From Thermococcus argininiproducens (GTDB lineage Archaea > Methanobacteriota_B > Thermococci > Thermococcales > Thermococcaceae): a stretch of 32,000 nt of DNA. The notes under the pieces were generated by a model. That model was not told where the DNA came from and did no database searches. It saw only the letters and a list, made by a program, of their open reading frames with translations. Location of the stretch: positions 985,890 through 1,017,889 of the forward strand of contig NZ_CP080572.1 of NCBI RefSeq assembly GCF_023746595.1, written 5' to 3'. Made by a program: the position numbers and the translations under genes. This document shows, one piece after another, positions 1 through 7,591 of this stretch. The stretch's first letter is position 1, and each line of letters starts with the position of its first letter.

Positions 1-1053
1 ATTGGGGAGAAGGCATATTATAGTCCCTACGGTATTCAATTCCAGATAATCGAACAGGAAGGAAAGAAATTAGGAATAATAGTAGCCGGTAACCAACAAG
101 GAGAACCTGTTCAAACAGTAGATCTGCAAACTGGTGAGGTTATACCTGGAAAAGGCAACTTCCCATACGTTGTTTATGTCTTCCCAAATTATGCCGTTGC
201 GGTTTATCATAAGGTTGCCACAAGTAATTTCATAAAATTGGCTTTTGGAGTCCCTATTAGTACTGAAGCAGGATTTACTGGAAAGCTACGCTCGAACTTT
301 AGAGTTGTGAAGAGTACGGGAGATGTAGCAACATATGAATTTGTTCCATTTGGGGTTTATAGGATTGAAATCTATGAAAACAATACTTGGAAATCAGTTT
401 CGAAGCTAAGCCCAGGAGAATATAAAGCCCGACTTTACATATCTGCATTTGGAAGAGATATAAAAGATGCGACAATAAAACTCAGGGCATATAATGGGGA
501 TGAGCTTGTGAGTGAACAAGTAATAGCTCAGAATGTCAACGTTAACCATCTTAATGAGATCCCATTAGAAGTTGAATTAAAACTACCAAATGCTACGAGA
601 TACCAGTTAGTTCTTATACAGAAAGGTCCAGTTGGAGTTCTTACTGAAGCCCCTAAAGTAGACGGCAAAATAACGAATCCAATAAGGGTTTTTGGAGATG
701 GTCAGAGTGGAGAACTCGAAGTAAAGGCAGGGTTCAGAAAAGATTATTCAAATCTTGGGCTTTATCTTAGGGCAACAGTAATCTATCTTGTTAGAACTAG
801 GGGAGAAAGCAATGATGATCCAAAAGCAGCATTTGAGCCGCATATGGACATTATACACTATGAGAAAGTTGCTGAGGGATTAAGCACAGAGAACAGAGAG
901 GTTTATTTCAAAGGAGAAGCTAACTTCCCAGTCGTTATCCAACCATACATAGAGAAGCTTAAAGAAAAATATGGGGATAGAGTAGAGGTTAGAGGAATAA
1001 GAGTAGAACCTGTGTTTATAGCTGAGAAAGAGTATGTGATATATGAGGGTTGA
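1..1053 (+). CDS. Hypothetical protein, C-terminal part (5' end lies outside the window)
   Basis: Frame 1 is open from base 1 to the TGA at 1051-1053, so the listed ORF 238..1053 is only the tail of a longer gene. The composition is beta-rich (V/Y/K/E) like the neighbouring genes. I recognise no named motif. Confidence 0.6.
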   Translation: MGEKAYYSPYGIQFQIIEQEGKKLGIIVAGNQQGEPVQTVDLQTGEVIPGKGNFPYVVYVFPNYAVAVYHKVATSNFIKLAFGVPISTEAGFTGKLRSNFRVVKSTGDVATYEFVPFGVYRIEIYENNTWKSVSKLSPGEYKARLYISAFGRDIKDATIKLRAYNGDELVSEQVIAQNVNVNHLNEIPLEVELKLPNATRYQLVLIQKGPVGVLTEAPKVDGKITNPIRVFGDGQSGELEVKAGFRKDYSNLGLYLRATVIYLVRTRGESNDDPKAAFEPHMDIIHYEKVAEGLSTENREVYFKGEANFPVVIQPYIEKLKEKYGDRVEVRGIRVEPVFIAEKEYVIYEG

Positions 1054-1090
1054 CTCTTTTCTTTTGCCTTTTCTAATTCTCCTTCTTAAA

Positions 1091-1110
1091 AGAAAGGAAA
1101 GATTTAAAAA
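1091..1110 (+). promoter_or_regulatory. Putative BRE/TATA promoter of rpl7ae
   Basis: A purine-rich stretch AGAAAGGAAA (1091-1100) is followed by GATTTAAAAA (1101-1110). This lies about 60 nt upstream of the ATG at 1170 and predicts a leader of roughly 40 nt. Confidence 0.45.
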
Positions 1111-1136
1111 GCAAGCATCCTTCCCTAACTTGATGA

Positions 1137-1162
1137 CTCGATGAACGATGAAGTTTGGAGGG
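1137..1162 (+). promoter_or_regulatory. Candidate K-turn stem-loop in the rpl7ae 5' leader, overlapping the Shine-Dalgarno
   Basis: Hand-folded. C-stem C1137-U-C1139 pairs with G1160-G-G1162. The 3-nt bulge is G1140-A-U1142. Tandem sheared pairs would be G1143.A1159 and A1144.G1158, followed by A1145.G1157. The SD GGAGGG is at 1157-1162. See findings. Confidence 0.35.
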
Positions 1163-1169
1163 ATGTGAA

Positions 1170-1541
1170 ATGGCAAAGCCAAGTTACGTAAAGTTTGAAG
1201 TTCCAAAAGAGCTTGCTGAGAAGGCTCTTGAAGCAGTTGAGGTTGCAAGAGACACCGGAAGGGTTAGGAAAGGTACAAACGAGACAACAAAGGCTGTTGA
1301 GAGGGGCCAGGCTAAACTTGTAGTAATAGCTGAAGATGTTGACCCCGAAGAGATTGTGGCTCACTTACCACCCCTCTGTGAGGAGAAAGAGATACCCTAT
1401 ATTTATGTTCCAAGTAAGAAGGAGCTTGGAGCTGCTGCAGGTATTGAAGTTCCATCTGCAAGTGTTGCTATAATCGAGCCTGGTAAGGCTCGTGAACTTG
1501 TTGAAGAAATCGCAATGAAAGTTAGGGAGCTCGCTAAGTGA
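1170..1541 (+). CDS. rpl7ae: 50S ribosomal protein L7Ae (K-turn binding protein)
   Basis: [23 protein letters not shown]...[31 protein letters not shown] is the classic archaeal L7Ae sequence. The ATG at 1170 is preceded by GGAGGG (1157-1162). The TTG at 1155 given in the ORF track is less likely. Confidence 0.96.
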   Translation: MAKPSYVKFEVPKELAEKALEAVEVARDTGRVRKGTNETTKAVERGQAKLVVIAEDVDPEEIVAHLPPLCEEKEIPYIYVPSKKELGAAAGIEVPSASVAIIEPGKARELVEEIAMKVRELAK

Positions 1542-1551
1542 GCTCCCTTTT
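1525..1551 (+). terminator. Perfect 8-bp hairpin plus T-tract spanning the rpl7ae stop codon
   Basis: GGGAGCTC (1525-1532), a 7-nt loop, GAGCTCCC (1540-1547), then TTTT (1548-1551). The stop TGA is at 1539-1541. Confidence 0.35.
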
Positions 1552-1609
1552 CCTCACTCTCATTAAATTGAGCGAGTTTTTATATTTACAATCATTAGAG
1601 GTGTGAGAA

Positions 1610-1822
1610 ATGTCAGACGAGGGATACCCGGCAGAGGTTATTGAGATTGTAGGAAGAACAGGGGTTACTGGAGAGGTTACTCAAGTAAAGGTTCGTGTTC
1701 TTGAAGGTATGGACAAGGGGAGAGTTATCAGAAGAAACGTCAAAGGCCCAGTTAGGATTGGAGATATAGTTATCCTCAGAGAGACTGAAAGAGAAGCCAG
1801 AGAAATTAAGGCAAGAAGGTGA
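1610..1822 (+). CDS. rps28e: 30S ribosomal protein S28e
   Basis: [33 protein letters not shown]...[19 protein letters not shown] is the S28e signature. GAGGTG lies 7 nt upstream of the ATG. Confidence 0.95.
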   Translation: MSDEGYPAEVIEIVGRTGVTGEVTQVKVRVLEGMDKGRVIRRNVKGPVRIGDIVILRETEREAREIKARR

Positions 1823-1827
1823 TGTAA

Positions 1828-2031
1828 ATGGCAAGGTGGAACGTTTGCTCGTACTGTGGAAAGGAATTCGAGCCTGGAACAGGAAAAATGTATGTTAGAA
1901 ACGATGGAAGAGTATACTTCTTCTGTTCGAGGAAGTGCGAAAAGTACTTCTTTATGGGCAGAAACCCAAGAAAACTCAAATGGACAAAGGCATTTGAAGA
2001 GGCAAAACTTCAAAGAGCAAAGAAGAAGTGA
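1828..2031 (+). CDS. rpl24e: 50S ribosomal protein L24e
   Basis: [41 protein letters not shown] is the L24e zinc-ribbon fold. It starts 5 nt after the S28e stop. Confidence 0.95.
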   Translation: MARWNVCSYCGKEFEPGTGKMYVRNDGRVYFFCSRKCEKYFFMGRNPRKLKWTKAFEEAKLQRAKKK

Positions 2032-2035
2032 TCTT

Positions 2036-2090
2036 TCTTAATTTTTCTTCTTAATTTTGAATTGATGATGTATTTAGAAAAATATAAAAA
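2036..2090. terminator. Convergent intergenic region with oligo-T tracts on both strands
   Basis: TTAATTTTTCTTCTTAATTTTG follows rpl24e on the + strand. AAAAAA at 2082-2087 reads as TTTTTT on the - strand just after the dnaG stop. Archaeal termination uses oligo-T tracts. Confidence 0.4.
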
Positions 2091-2093
2091 AGC

Positions 2094-3419
2094 TTACTCA
2101 GCGAAAGTGAGTATTTTGAGATTTATTGGCCTTCTAACAACGTTACTTTTCCTGGCGCCTACTAAATATTTAACACCTTTCTCACTAACTACATCAATAA
2201 GCCGCTGAGTTATTATTCCATTGAAAATTATTGCATATACATTTTCTTTATCGTTCAATGAACTTGAAAGGTCTCTTACTGGTATTTCTGCAATGATATT
2301 TTTATTTTCATCTAGTAAGATTGCCTTTGAGTCCTTTTTCACTTCCTCAACCCACTGGTTAAATTTATCAATTTCTGGAGGTTTTGATATTTTTATTGGT
2401 TTTATAAATCTCTCTTCTCTCTTTTCCTCCCTTTCAGGGGCTCGAATCTCGACTTTTGGAGCTTCTGAGTGAATTTCTGTAGGCACTTCAGGTTTATTTT
2501 CAACTGGAGCTTCTATTTTTTCAACGGGAGCAACCTTTTGCTGTTCCCTCTCTTTTACGAGTTCGTAAAAGCTTTTACCCTTTGCAAATAGTTCATTGAT
2601 CACTTGTTCTGCTGGAACTTTGCTCCTTAAGGATTTAATTATCTCCTTCTTGGTTAGCTCTTCAACTTCTTTTCCTTCTGGGGCCCTAGCGACGTAGTCA
2701 ATATCTGCCACTTGAAGAAGTTCTTTGAGTATTAGTTCCCCACCTCTATCTCCATCAGTAAAAGCTGTAACAATCCTTTCTTTGCTGAGTCGTATTATAG
2801 TTTCTGGAATTGAAGTACCTTCAACGGCTATAGCGTTCTTTATCCCATGTTTGAGGAGGTTAAGCACATCGGCTCTTCCTTCAACAACAATTATTGAATC
2901 TGAGAATGGTACATGAGGTCCTGCAGGGAGTTTTTCTGAACCATATTCAATGAGTTCCTTAGCCCGTACCTCTTTTTTGACCTCTTCAGTAATCTCTTGA
3001 GTCTCTGGGATTTCCTCTTCCATAAGAGTCTCCAGAATCTCTTTGGCTCTTTCGATAATGTACTTTCTCTTTGTTGCTCTAACATCTTCAATTCTCATTA
3101 CTTTGATTCTAGCCTCTGATGGTCCTATTCTGTCTATAGTTTCTAAGGCAGCTGCTAAAATCGCAGTTTCTACTCTATCTAGACTGGAGGGAATTGTTAT
3201 ACTTCCATAACTTTTTCCAGCTCTCGTATGAACATCAACTTTTATTCTTCCAATTCTTCCAGTTTTTTGCAGTTCTCTTAGATCCAAATCATCCCCGAGT
3301 AAGCCTTCAGTTTGTCCAAAAATAGCACCAACAACATCTGGTCGTTCGACAATCCCACTTGCTTCAAATTCTGCGTGGATTACATACTTTGTTGTTCCAA
3401 AATCATCCTTCGCAGCCAT
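2094..3419 (-). CDS. dnaG: Archaeal DnaG primase-like protein (Toprim domain; exosome-associated)
   Basis: MAAKDDFGTTKYVIHAEFEASGIVERPDVVGAIFGQTEGLLGDDLDLRELQKTGRIGRI is the conserved archaeal DnaG N-terminus. The Toprim region is IIVVEGRADVLNL...FTDGDRGGELI. I prefer the ATG at 3419 because AAGGAGATAGAAGGTGATAGC lies directly upstream. The track start at 3575 would overlap the upstream gene. Confidence 0.9.
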   Translation of the reverse strand: MAAKDDFGTTKYVIHAEFEASGIVERPDVVGAIFGQTEGLLGDDLDLRELQKTGRIGRIKVDVHTRAGKSYGSITIPSSLDRVETAILAAALETIDRIGPSEARIKVMRIEDVRATKRKYIIERAKEILETLMEEEIPETQEITEEVKKEVRAKELIEYGSEKLPAGPHVPFSDSIIVVEGRADVLNLLKHGIKNAIAVEGTSIPETIIRLSKERIVTAFTDGDRGGELILKELLQVADIDYVARAPEGKEVEELTKKEIIKSLRSKVPAEQVINELFAKGKSFYELVKEREQQKVAPVEKIEAPVENKPEVPTEIHSEAPKVEIRAPEREEKREERFIKPIKISKPPEIDKFNQWVEEVKKDSKAILLDENKNIIAEIPVRDLSSSLNDKENVYAIIFNGIITQRLIDVVSEKGVKYLVGARKSNVVRRPINLKILTFAE

Positions 3420-3525
3420 GCTATCACCTTCTATCTCCTTCTTTTTTAACATTCTTTGCTTATCAAGCAAAATCTGCTGGATTGTAGTCTTCTTTCTCTT
3501 CAATCCATACCCCTCCTGTTGGGGG

Positions 3526-3906
3526 TCAGAAACGGAGATTTTCAGCCCGTAAATATAGGCCATATAGGTCTTCAATACCTTTAATGTATTTTTTTGCTAT
3601 TTTTTTGAACTCTTTTCTTGTTTCGACATCGACTCTACATTTGTACCCTTCTAAATATTGAGCTAATTTCTTTGCCAGTTCTTCACCCTTTCTGTCAAAG
3701 TCCGTTAATATCATTATATCATGATAATGAGAGGCTGTTAGTGCAATCTCCGCTAATGGCAAGCGGGAAAGTTTAATTATCTCCGTTTCGACCCCCAATT
3801 TTCGTAAAGCCACCTCGTCTCGCATTCCTTCTACCAGGATAACACCATCAAACTCTCGCAATTTATCTATAAGTTGTTTGAGTCTTTTATAATTTTCGGC
3901 GTTCAT
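3526..3906 (-). CDS. Small Toprim-domain protein (COG1658/UPF0292-like, small primase-like)
   Basis: GVILVEGMRDEVALRKLG...IMILTDFDRKGEELAKKL carries the Toprim E and DxD motifs. The ATG at 3906 (MNAENYKRL) is preferred over the 23-codon upstream extension. Confidence 0.8.
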   Translation of the reverse strand: MNAENYKRLKQLIDKLREFDGVILVEGMRDEVALRKLGVETEIIKLSRLPLAEIALTASHYHDIMILTDFDRKGEELAKKLAQYLEGYKCRVDVETRKEFKKIAKKYIKGIEDLYGLYLRAENLRF

Positions 3907-4187
3907 TTTGCCGTCATGAGGAGTGAGAGACAAAGGTATTATAAAGTTTTGGGAAACATTTGTGGTAAATCCCAATCACTTTGCTCAAAATTTTACTGTC
4001 TTTAATGAATTGTATGTAAAAAATCAATTACACTTCTCATAGTGTATTTTTAATAATATTAAGAGTAGCAGAATTGCATAATCATACATTCTAAATAAAA
4101 TTGTTATGTAGAAAAAGAGCAACTAACAGTGATAAGAAAAATTTATATAGATCGTCGACTTTTTTATAAAAAGAAGAGGTGGTTAAA

Positions 4188-4982
4188 ATGGTAAAAGAAA
4201 AAATTGTAGAACTTCTACAGGAACACTTCGAGTTGAATTTATATGAGGCCAGAGCGTACGTTGCTTTGGTAGGCTTTGGAATCCTTACACCTGCAGAGCT
4301 GGCTAGTGTTTCAGAAGTCCCAGCTCCTAGAACATATGATGTGCTAAGAAGCTTGGAAAAGAAGGGATTTGCGCTAAGCCAGCCTGGAAAGGCCAATAAA
4401 TATAGGCCTGTACATCCTAAGAACATTCTGGAGAAATTTATAGAGGACTGGCAAGAGAGGGTTAAAGAAGAACTTGAAGCAAAGAAAAAGGCAAAAGAGG
4501 AACTTATAGAGCTAATGACACCTCTAATAGAAACTGAAATTCCAAAATATGGTGTTGAAAGAGTTTGGGTGGTAAGAGGAATTAGAAATTCAACTTTAAA
4601 GACACAAGAAATGTTAGAAGAAGTTGAGAAAGAAATACTACTCGCTGATAATGGATATGTTGCGGCAAATCTTGATAAAGAGATAGTTGCCGCGGTGGAT
4701 AAGGGAGTTAAAGCAAAATTGCTTGTCTTAAAGCAACTACTTCCTAGACTTGAAACTTCAAAAATCATGGATTATTATAAAGACGGAAAACTGGAACTTA
4801 GAGTTCTTGATAAGATAGAGCTTCCAATGTTGATTTGTGATGAAGAAGTCTTTTTCGCTTTAGAAGATCTAGCCGCTAGATACTTTAATTATGAGACCCA
4901 AGTGTGGATTAAAGACTTCAGAATAGTCGAACTATTCAAGGACAAATTCAATGAATACTGGGAAAAAGCAGAGAAAGCTTAG
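4188..4982 (+). CDS. trmBL2: TrmB-family transcription regulator / chromatin protein, TrmBL2-like (no sugar-binding domain)
   Basis: The N-terminal TrmB wHTH is ELNLYEARAYVALVGFGILTPAELASVSEVPAPRTYDVLRSLEKKGF. At about 264 aa it is too short to carry the sugar-sensing domain, which matches TrmBL2. The ATG at 4188 is 5 nt after GAGGTGG. It sits close to hps-phi, which matches my recollection of gene order in T. kodakarensis. Confidence 0.8.
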   Translation: MVKEKIVELLQEHFELNLYEARAYVALVGFGILTPAELASVSEVPAPRTYDVLRSLEKKGFALSQPGKANKYRPVHPKNILEKFIEDWQERVKEELEAKKKAKEELIELMTPLIETEIPKYGVERVWVVRGIRNSTLKTQEMLEEVEKEILLADNGYVAANLDKEIVAAVDKGVKAKLLVLKQLLPRLETSKIMDYYKDGKLELRVLDKIELPMLICDEEVFFALEDLAARYFNYETQVWIKDFRIVELFKDKFNEYWEKAEKA

Positions 4983-5181
4983 ATATACTTGAATTTCTCT
5001 TCAGCTTTATCCCTTTCTTTAGCTTTCCAAACCAATTTTCATTCTTCTCGAGACTTTCTATCTTCCCTTGGCCCAAAAGTCTCAATAGAAGTCTTTTTAC
5101 TTGGGGAATGTCCATCCCTGTTCTATTTGCAATCTCCTCAACTGTTGCTTCTTCATTTTTTAGAATTTCTAAGATTTTCAT
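4948..5181 (-). CDS. Small winged-helix DNA-binding protein
   Basis: MKILEILKNEEATVEEIANRTGMDIPQVKRLLLRLLGQGKIE has a wHTH pattern. Start is either the ATG at 5181 or the GTG at 5190, which overlaps the upstream stop as GTGA. The 3' end overlaps the trmBL2 3' end by 35 nt. Confidence 0.65.
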   Translation of the reverse strand: MKILEILKNEEATVEEIANRTGMDIPQVKRLLLRLLGQGKIESLEKNENWFGKLKKGIKLKRNSSISKLSLLFPSIH

Positions 5182-5186
5182 AAGCT

Positions 5187-5507
5187 TCACTTTCTTCCCT
5201 CCATTCTCTTGTATTTTTCTAGCAGTGTGATTATCATGTCCATAACTTCTAAGTATTTTCTTAACTCATTAACATCATTGGGAAGGGTGTTTGCTAACAT
5301 GTTCAGTTTCTGTATCAGATTTTCCTCAACACTTTTTAATTCGACTTCTCCATGCTTTTTCCTCTGCTCACAAACAGGGCAGAATACCTTCCCATTTAGT
5401 TCAAATAGTGGGGAGCCACATCTGGGGCAGTGTTTATCAAGCATCTTTGCTCCTGAAAGTAAGAGAGGTGTTATTATTTCTCTAATTTCCTTATCACTGA
5501 GTACCAT
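5187..5507 (-). CDS. Zn-ribbon protein, UPF0148 / Sjogren autoantigen p27-like family
   Basis: MVLSDKEIREIITPLLLSGAKMLDKHCPRCGSPLFELNGKVFCPVCE contains a CPxC...CPxC ribbon. The ATG at 5507 overlaps the upstream gene's stop (5494-5496). Confidence 0.75.
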   Translation of the reverse strand: MVLSDKEIREIITPLLLSGAKMLDKHCPRCGSPLFELNGKVFCPVCEQRKKHGEVELKSVEENLIQKLNMLANTLPNDVNELRKYLEVMDMIITLLEKYKRMEGRK

Positions 5508-6237
5508 CTTCCTCCCCCATAAGAGTTGTATAAAGTTCAATTAGGGCTTTCTTTCCTAGTTTAGATCTCTTTATTCTGTCTGAAACCTCAGCAATATCGC
5601 ATGCAATTATTTTGAAATTCTTTTTAATCTCTTCTATAATATCAATCAATTCATCTAATGTTAGTTCTCCATGTTGGAACCTAGCGAGTTTGTATTCTGG
5701 TTTTAAAACATCCATATCAACGGTTAGGTATATTTCGTCTCCTAGGTATTTTTTCATATCTTTGATGATTTCTTTGAGAGGGGAAGTTCTTAAACTTTTA
5801 TATGCTCTCCATGTCCCTCTTACACGTCTGCTCCTTGGGAGAGCTGGAAATATCCTAACTCGCCGTGTCCATAAGCTTGTCCCCTCAGTTGTGGGAATCA
5901 TTAACACTGGCCCAACTATACTTGCCCTATCAATTAGTCGCTCTTCTAAGCTATAAGCAAGCCATGAGCCATGGTCAAGGTAGTCATGCATTAAGTCAGT
6001 ATGAGCATCGACACTTATCAATGCTCGTGGTTTAACACGTTTAATTATTCCATAAGTGGCTAAGTGATCTCCTACTATGTAGCATTTGTCGAACGGCAGT
6101 CTATCGGCTAAGAGTTCAACATTACTTGATTCGACCACCATGAAATCTTGTATTATCTTATTTTTTCTAAGTAATTCAAGGGCATATATGACTCCATCTC
6201 TATTTGGTTTTTCTCCAAAAGGAATGAAAGTGACCAT
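5494..6237 (-). CDS. Short arginase/agmatinase-fold (ureohydrolase family) protein
   Basis: Ureohydrolase-like motifs are present: VGDHLA, SVDAHTDL and LTVDMDVLKPE. The protein is only about 247 aa. The ATG at 6237 is preferred; a GTG at 6246 is also possible. Confidence 0.7.
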   Translation of the reverse strand: MVTFIPFGEKPNRDGVIYALELLRKNKIIQDFMVVESSNVELLADRLPFDKCYIVGDHLATYGIIKRVKPRALISVDAHTDLMHDYLDHGSWLAYSLEERLIDRASIVGPVLMIPTTEGTSLWTRRVRIFPALPRSRRVRGTWRAYKSLRTSPLKEIIKDMKKYLGDEIYLTVDMDVLKPEYKLARFQHGELTLDELIDIIEEIKKNFKIIACDIAEVSDRIKRSKLGKKALIELYTTLMGEEDGTQ

Positions 6238-6267
6238 ATTTCTCACGTGAGGCTATTTTGGGCTTAT

Positions 6268-6283
6268 TATTTTTAAATTTATG
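6268..6283 (+). promoter_or_regulatory. Putative TATA region in the divergent arginase-like / hps-phi intergenic region
   Basis: TTATTATTTTTAAATTTA lies about 90 nt upstream of the hps-phi ATG. This is the AT-richest part of the 133-nt gap. Confidence 0.3.
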
Positions 6284-6370
6284 GGAGAGAGTGATTAATG
6301 GTGAAGGGGTTAAAGTTAAAAGTAACCCTCTTGATGTTAAGTTTGAGGATCATTGGGGAGGTACGTTAAG

Positions 6371-7591
6371 ATGATCTTACAAGTGGCACTTGACTTAACG
6401 GATATAGAACAAGCTATTTCTATAGCAGAAAAAGCAGCTCGTGGTGGGGCTCATTGGCTCGAGGTTGGAACACCACTCATAAAGAAGGAAGGCATGAGAG
6501 CAGTAGAACTCATGAAAAGAAGGTTCCCTGATAGAAAAATAGTAGCTGACCTGAAGACTATGGATACAGGGGCACTTGAAGTAGAAATGGCGGCTAGACA
6601 TGGGGCAGATGTCGTCTCGATACTTGGAGTTGCTGACAACAAAACCATAAAAGACGCAGTTACCGTAGGTAGAAAGTATGGAATAAAGGTAATGGTGGAC
6701 TTAATCGGAGTTAAGGACAAGGTAGAAAGGGCAAAAGAACTTGAAAAGATGGGAGTTCACTATATTCTTGTTCATACAGGAATAGATGAACAAGCTCAAG
6801 GAAAAGATCCACTTGAAGATCTAGAAAAAGTTGTAAAGGCAGTAAAAGTCCCGGTTGCTGTGGCCGGCGGGTTAAATTTAGAGACAATCCCTACGGTTAT
6901 AGAAGCCGGTGCTACCATTATCATAGTTGGAGGAGCAATAACAAAGACGAAAGATCCTGAAGGTATTACCAAGAAGATACTTGACCTCTTCTGGGGTGAA
7001 TACATGCAAACGATTAGAAAGGCGATTCACGATATCACAGACCATATCGACATGGTAGCTGATTCTTTAAAACTGGATCAAGTCAGGGGAATGGTAGATG
7101 CAATGATTGGGGCAAATAAAATATTTATTTATGGCGCTGGGAGAAGTGGTCTAGTAGGAAAAGCCTTTGCAATGAGGTTAATGCACCTTGACTTTGACGT
7201 TTATGTTGTAGGTGAAACAATAACTCCTGCGTTTGGTGAAGGAGATCTCCTTATAGCAATCAGTGGGAGTGGTGAAACCAGAACTATAGTAGATGCAGCA
7301 GAGATTGCTAAAAAACAAGGGGGAAAAGTTGTAGCAATAACATCATATAAGGATTCAACTCTTGGAAAGCTTTCTGATGTGGTTGTGGAAATACCAGGAA
7401 GGACAAAAGCAGATATCCCCACTGACTACATTGCTAGGCAAATGCTCACAGAGTATAAGTGGATAGCCCCAATGGGAACACTTTTTGAAGATTCAACAAT
7501 GCTGTTTTTAGATGGGATAATAGCCCTATTGATGGCCACTTTCCAAAAGACAGAAAAGGATATGAAGAGAAAACATGCTACATTAGAGTGA
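6371..7591 (+). CDS. hps-phi: Bifunctional 3-hexulose-6-phosphate synthase / 6-phospho-3-hexuloisomerase (Hps-Phi fusion, RuMP pathway)
   Basis: The N-terminal half is MILQVALDL...WLEVGTPLIKKEG...VADLKTMDTG...ILVHTGIDEQ (Hps/OMPDC-like barrel). The C-terminal half is IFIYGAGRSGLVGKAFAMRLMHL...LLIAISGSGET (SIS domain, Phi). This fusion is known in Thermococcales. ATG at 6371 follows GGGGAGGT. Confidence 0.92.
   Translation: MILQVALDLTDIEQAISIAEKAARGGAHWLEVGTPLIKKEGMRAVELMKRRFPDRKIVADLKTMDTGALEVEMAARHGADVVSILGVADNKTIKDAVTVGRKYGIKVMVDLIGVKDKVERAKELEKMGVHYILVHTGIDEQAQGKDPLEDLEKVVKAVKVPVAVAGGLNLETIPTVIEAGATIIIVGGAITKTKDPEGITKKILDLFWGEYMQTIRKAIHDITDHIDMVADSLKLDQVRGMVDAMIGANKIFIYGAGRSGLVGKAFAMRLMHLDFDVYVVGETITPAFGEGDLLIAISGSGETRTIVDAAEIAKKQGGKVVAITSYKDSTLGKLSDVVVEIPGRTKADIPTDYIARQMLTEYKWIAPMGTLFEDSTMLFLDGIIALLMATFQKTEKDMKRKHATLE

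Noticed and set aside
2063-2100. A C-box-like TGATGA (2063-2068) in the rpl24e/dnaG intergenic region, considered as a box C/D sRNA.
   Set aside because: There is no CTGA D box, no C'/D' pair and no terminal stem within a plausible 50-70 nt on either strand. I found no convincing box C/D sRNA in any intergenic gap.
3420-3575. A 52-codon N-terminal extension of DnaG (track start at 3575).
   Set aside because: It would overlap the upstream Toprim gene by 50 nt. The conserved DnaG N-terminus begins at MAAKDDFG, where a GGTGA RBS lies directly upstream of the ATG at 3419.
4120-4140. A possible Thermococcales glycolytic motif (TGM, TATCAC-N5-GTGATA) upstream of trmBL2.
   Set aside because: Only the GTGATA half-site (4129-4134) is present. 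The expected partner half-site reads AGCAAC, matching only 2 of 6 positions. A single hexamer is expected by chance.
4091-4768. A 225-aa ORF on the minus strand, opposite trmBL2.
   Set aside because: It is S/F/L/T-rich and low complexity, which is typical of the antisense frame of a K/E-rich gene. It has no RBS and it fully overlaps a gene with a clear TrmB wHTH. The same reasoning rejects 880..1248, 1125..1364, 1613..2013, 6395..7422 (several ORFs), 9234..9770, 10120..10709, 11322..11711, 17915..18823, 18838..19224, 19520..19852, 20878..21190, 21862..22200, 25508..25735, 26622..27560, 29149..29380 and 31176..31376.
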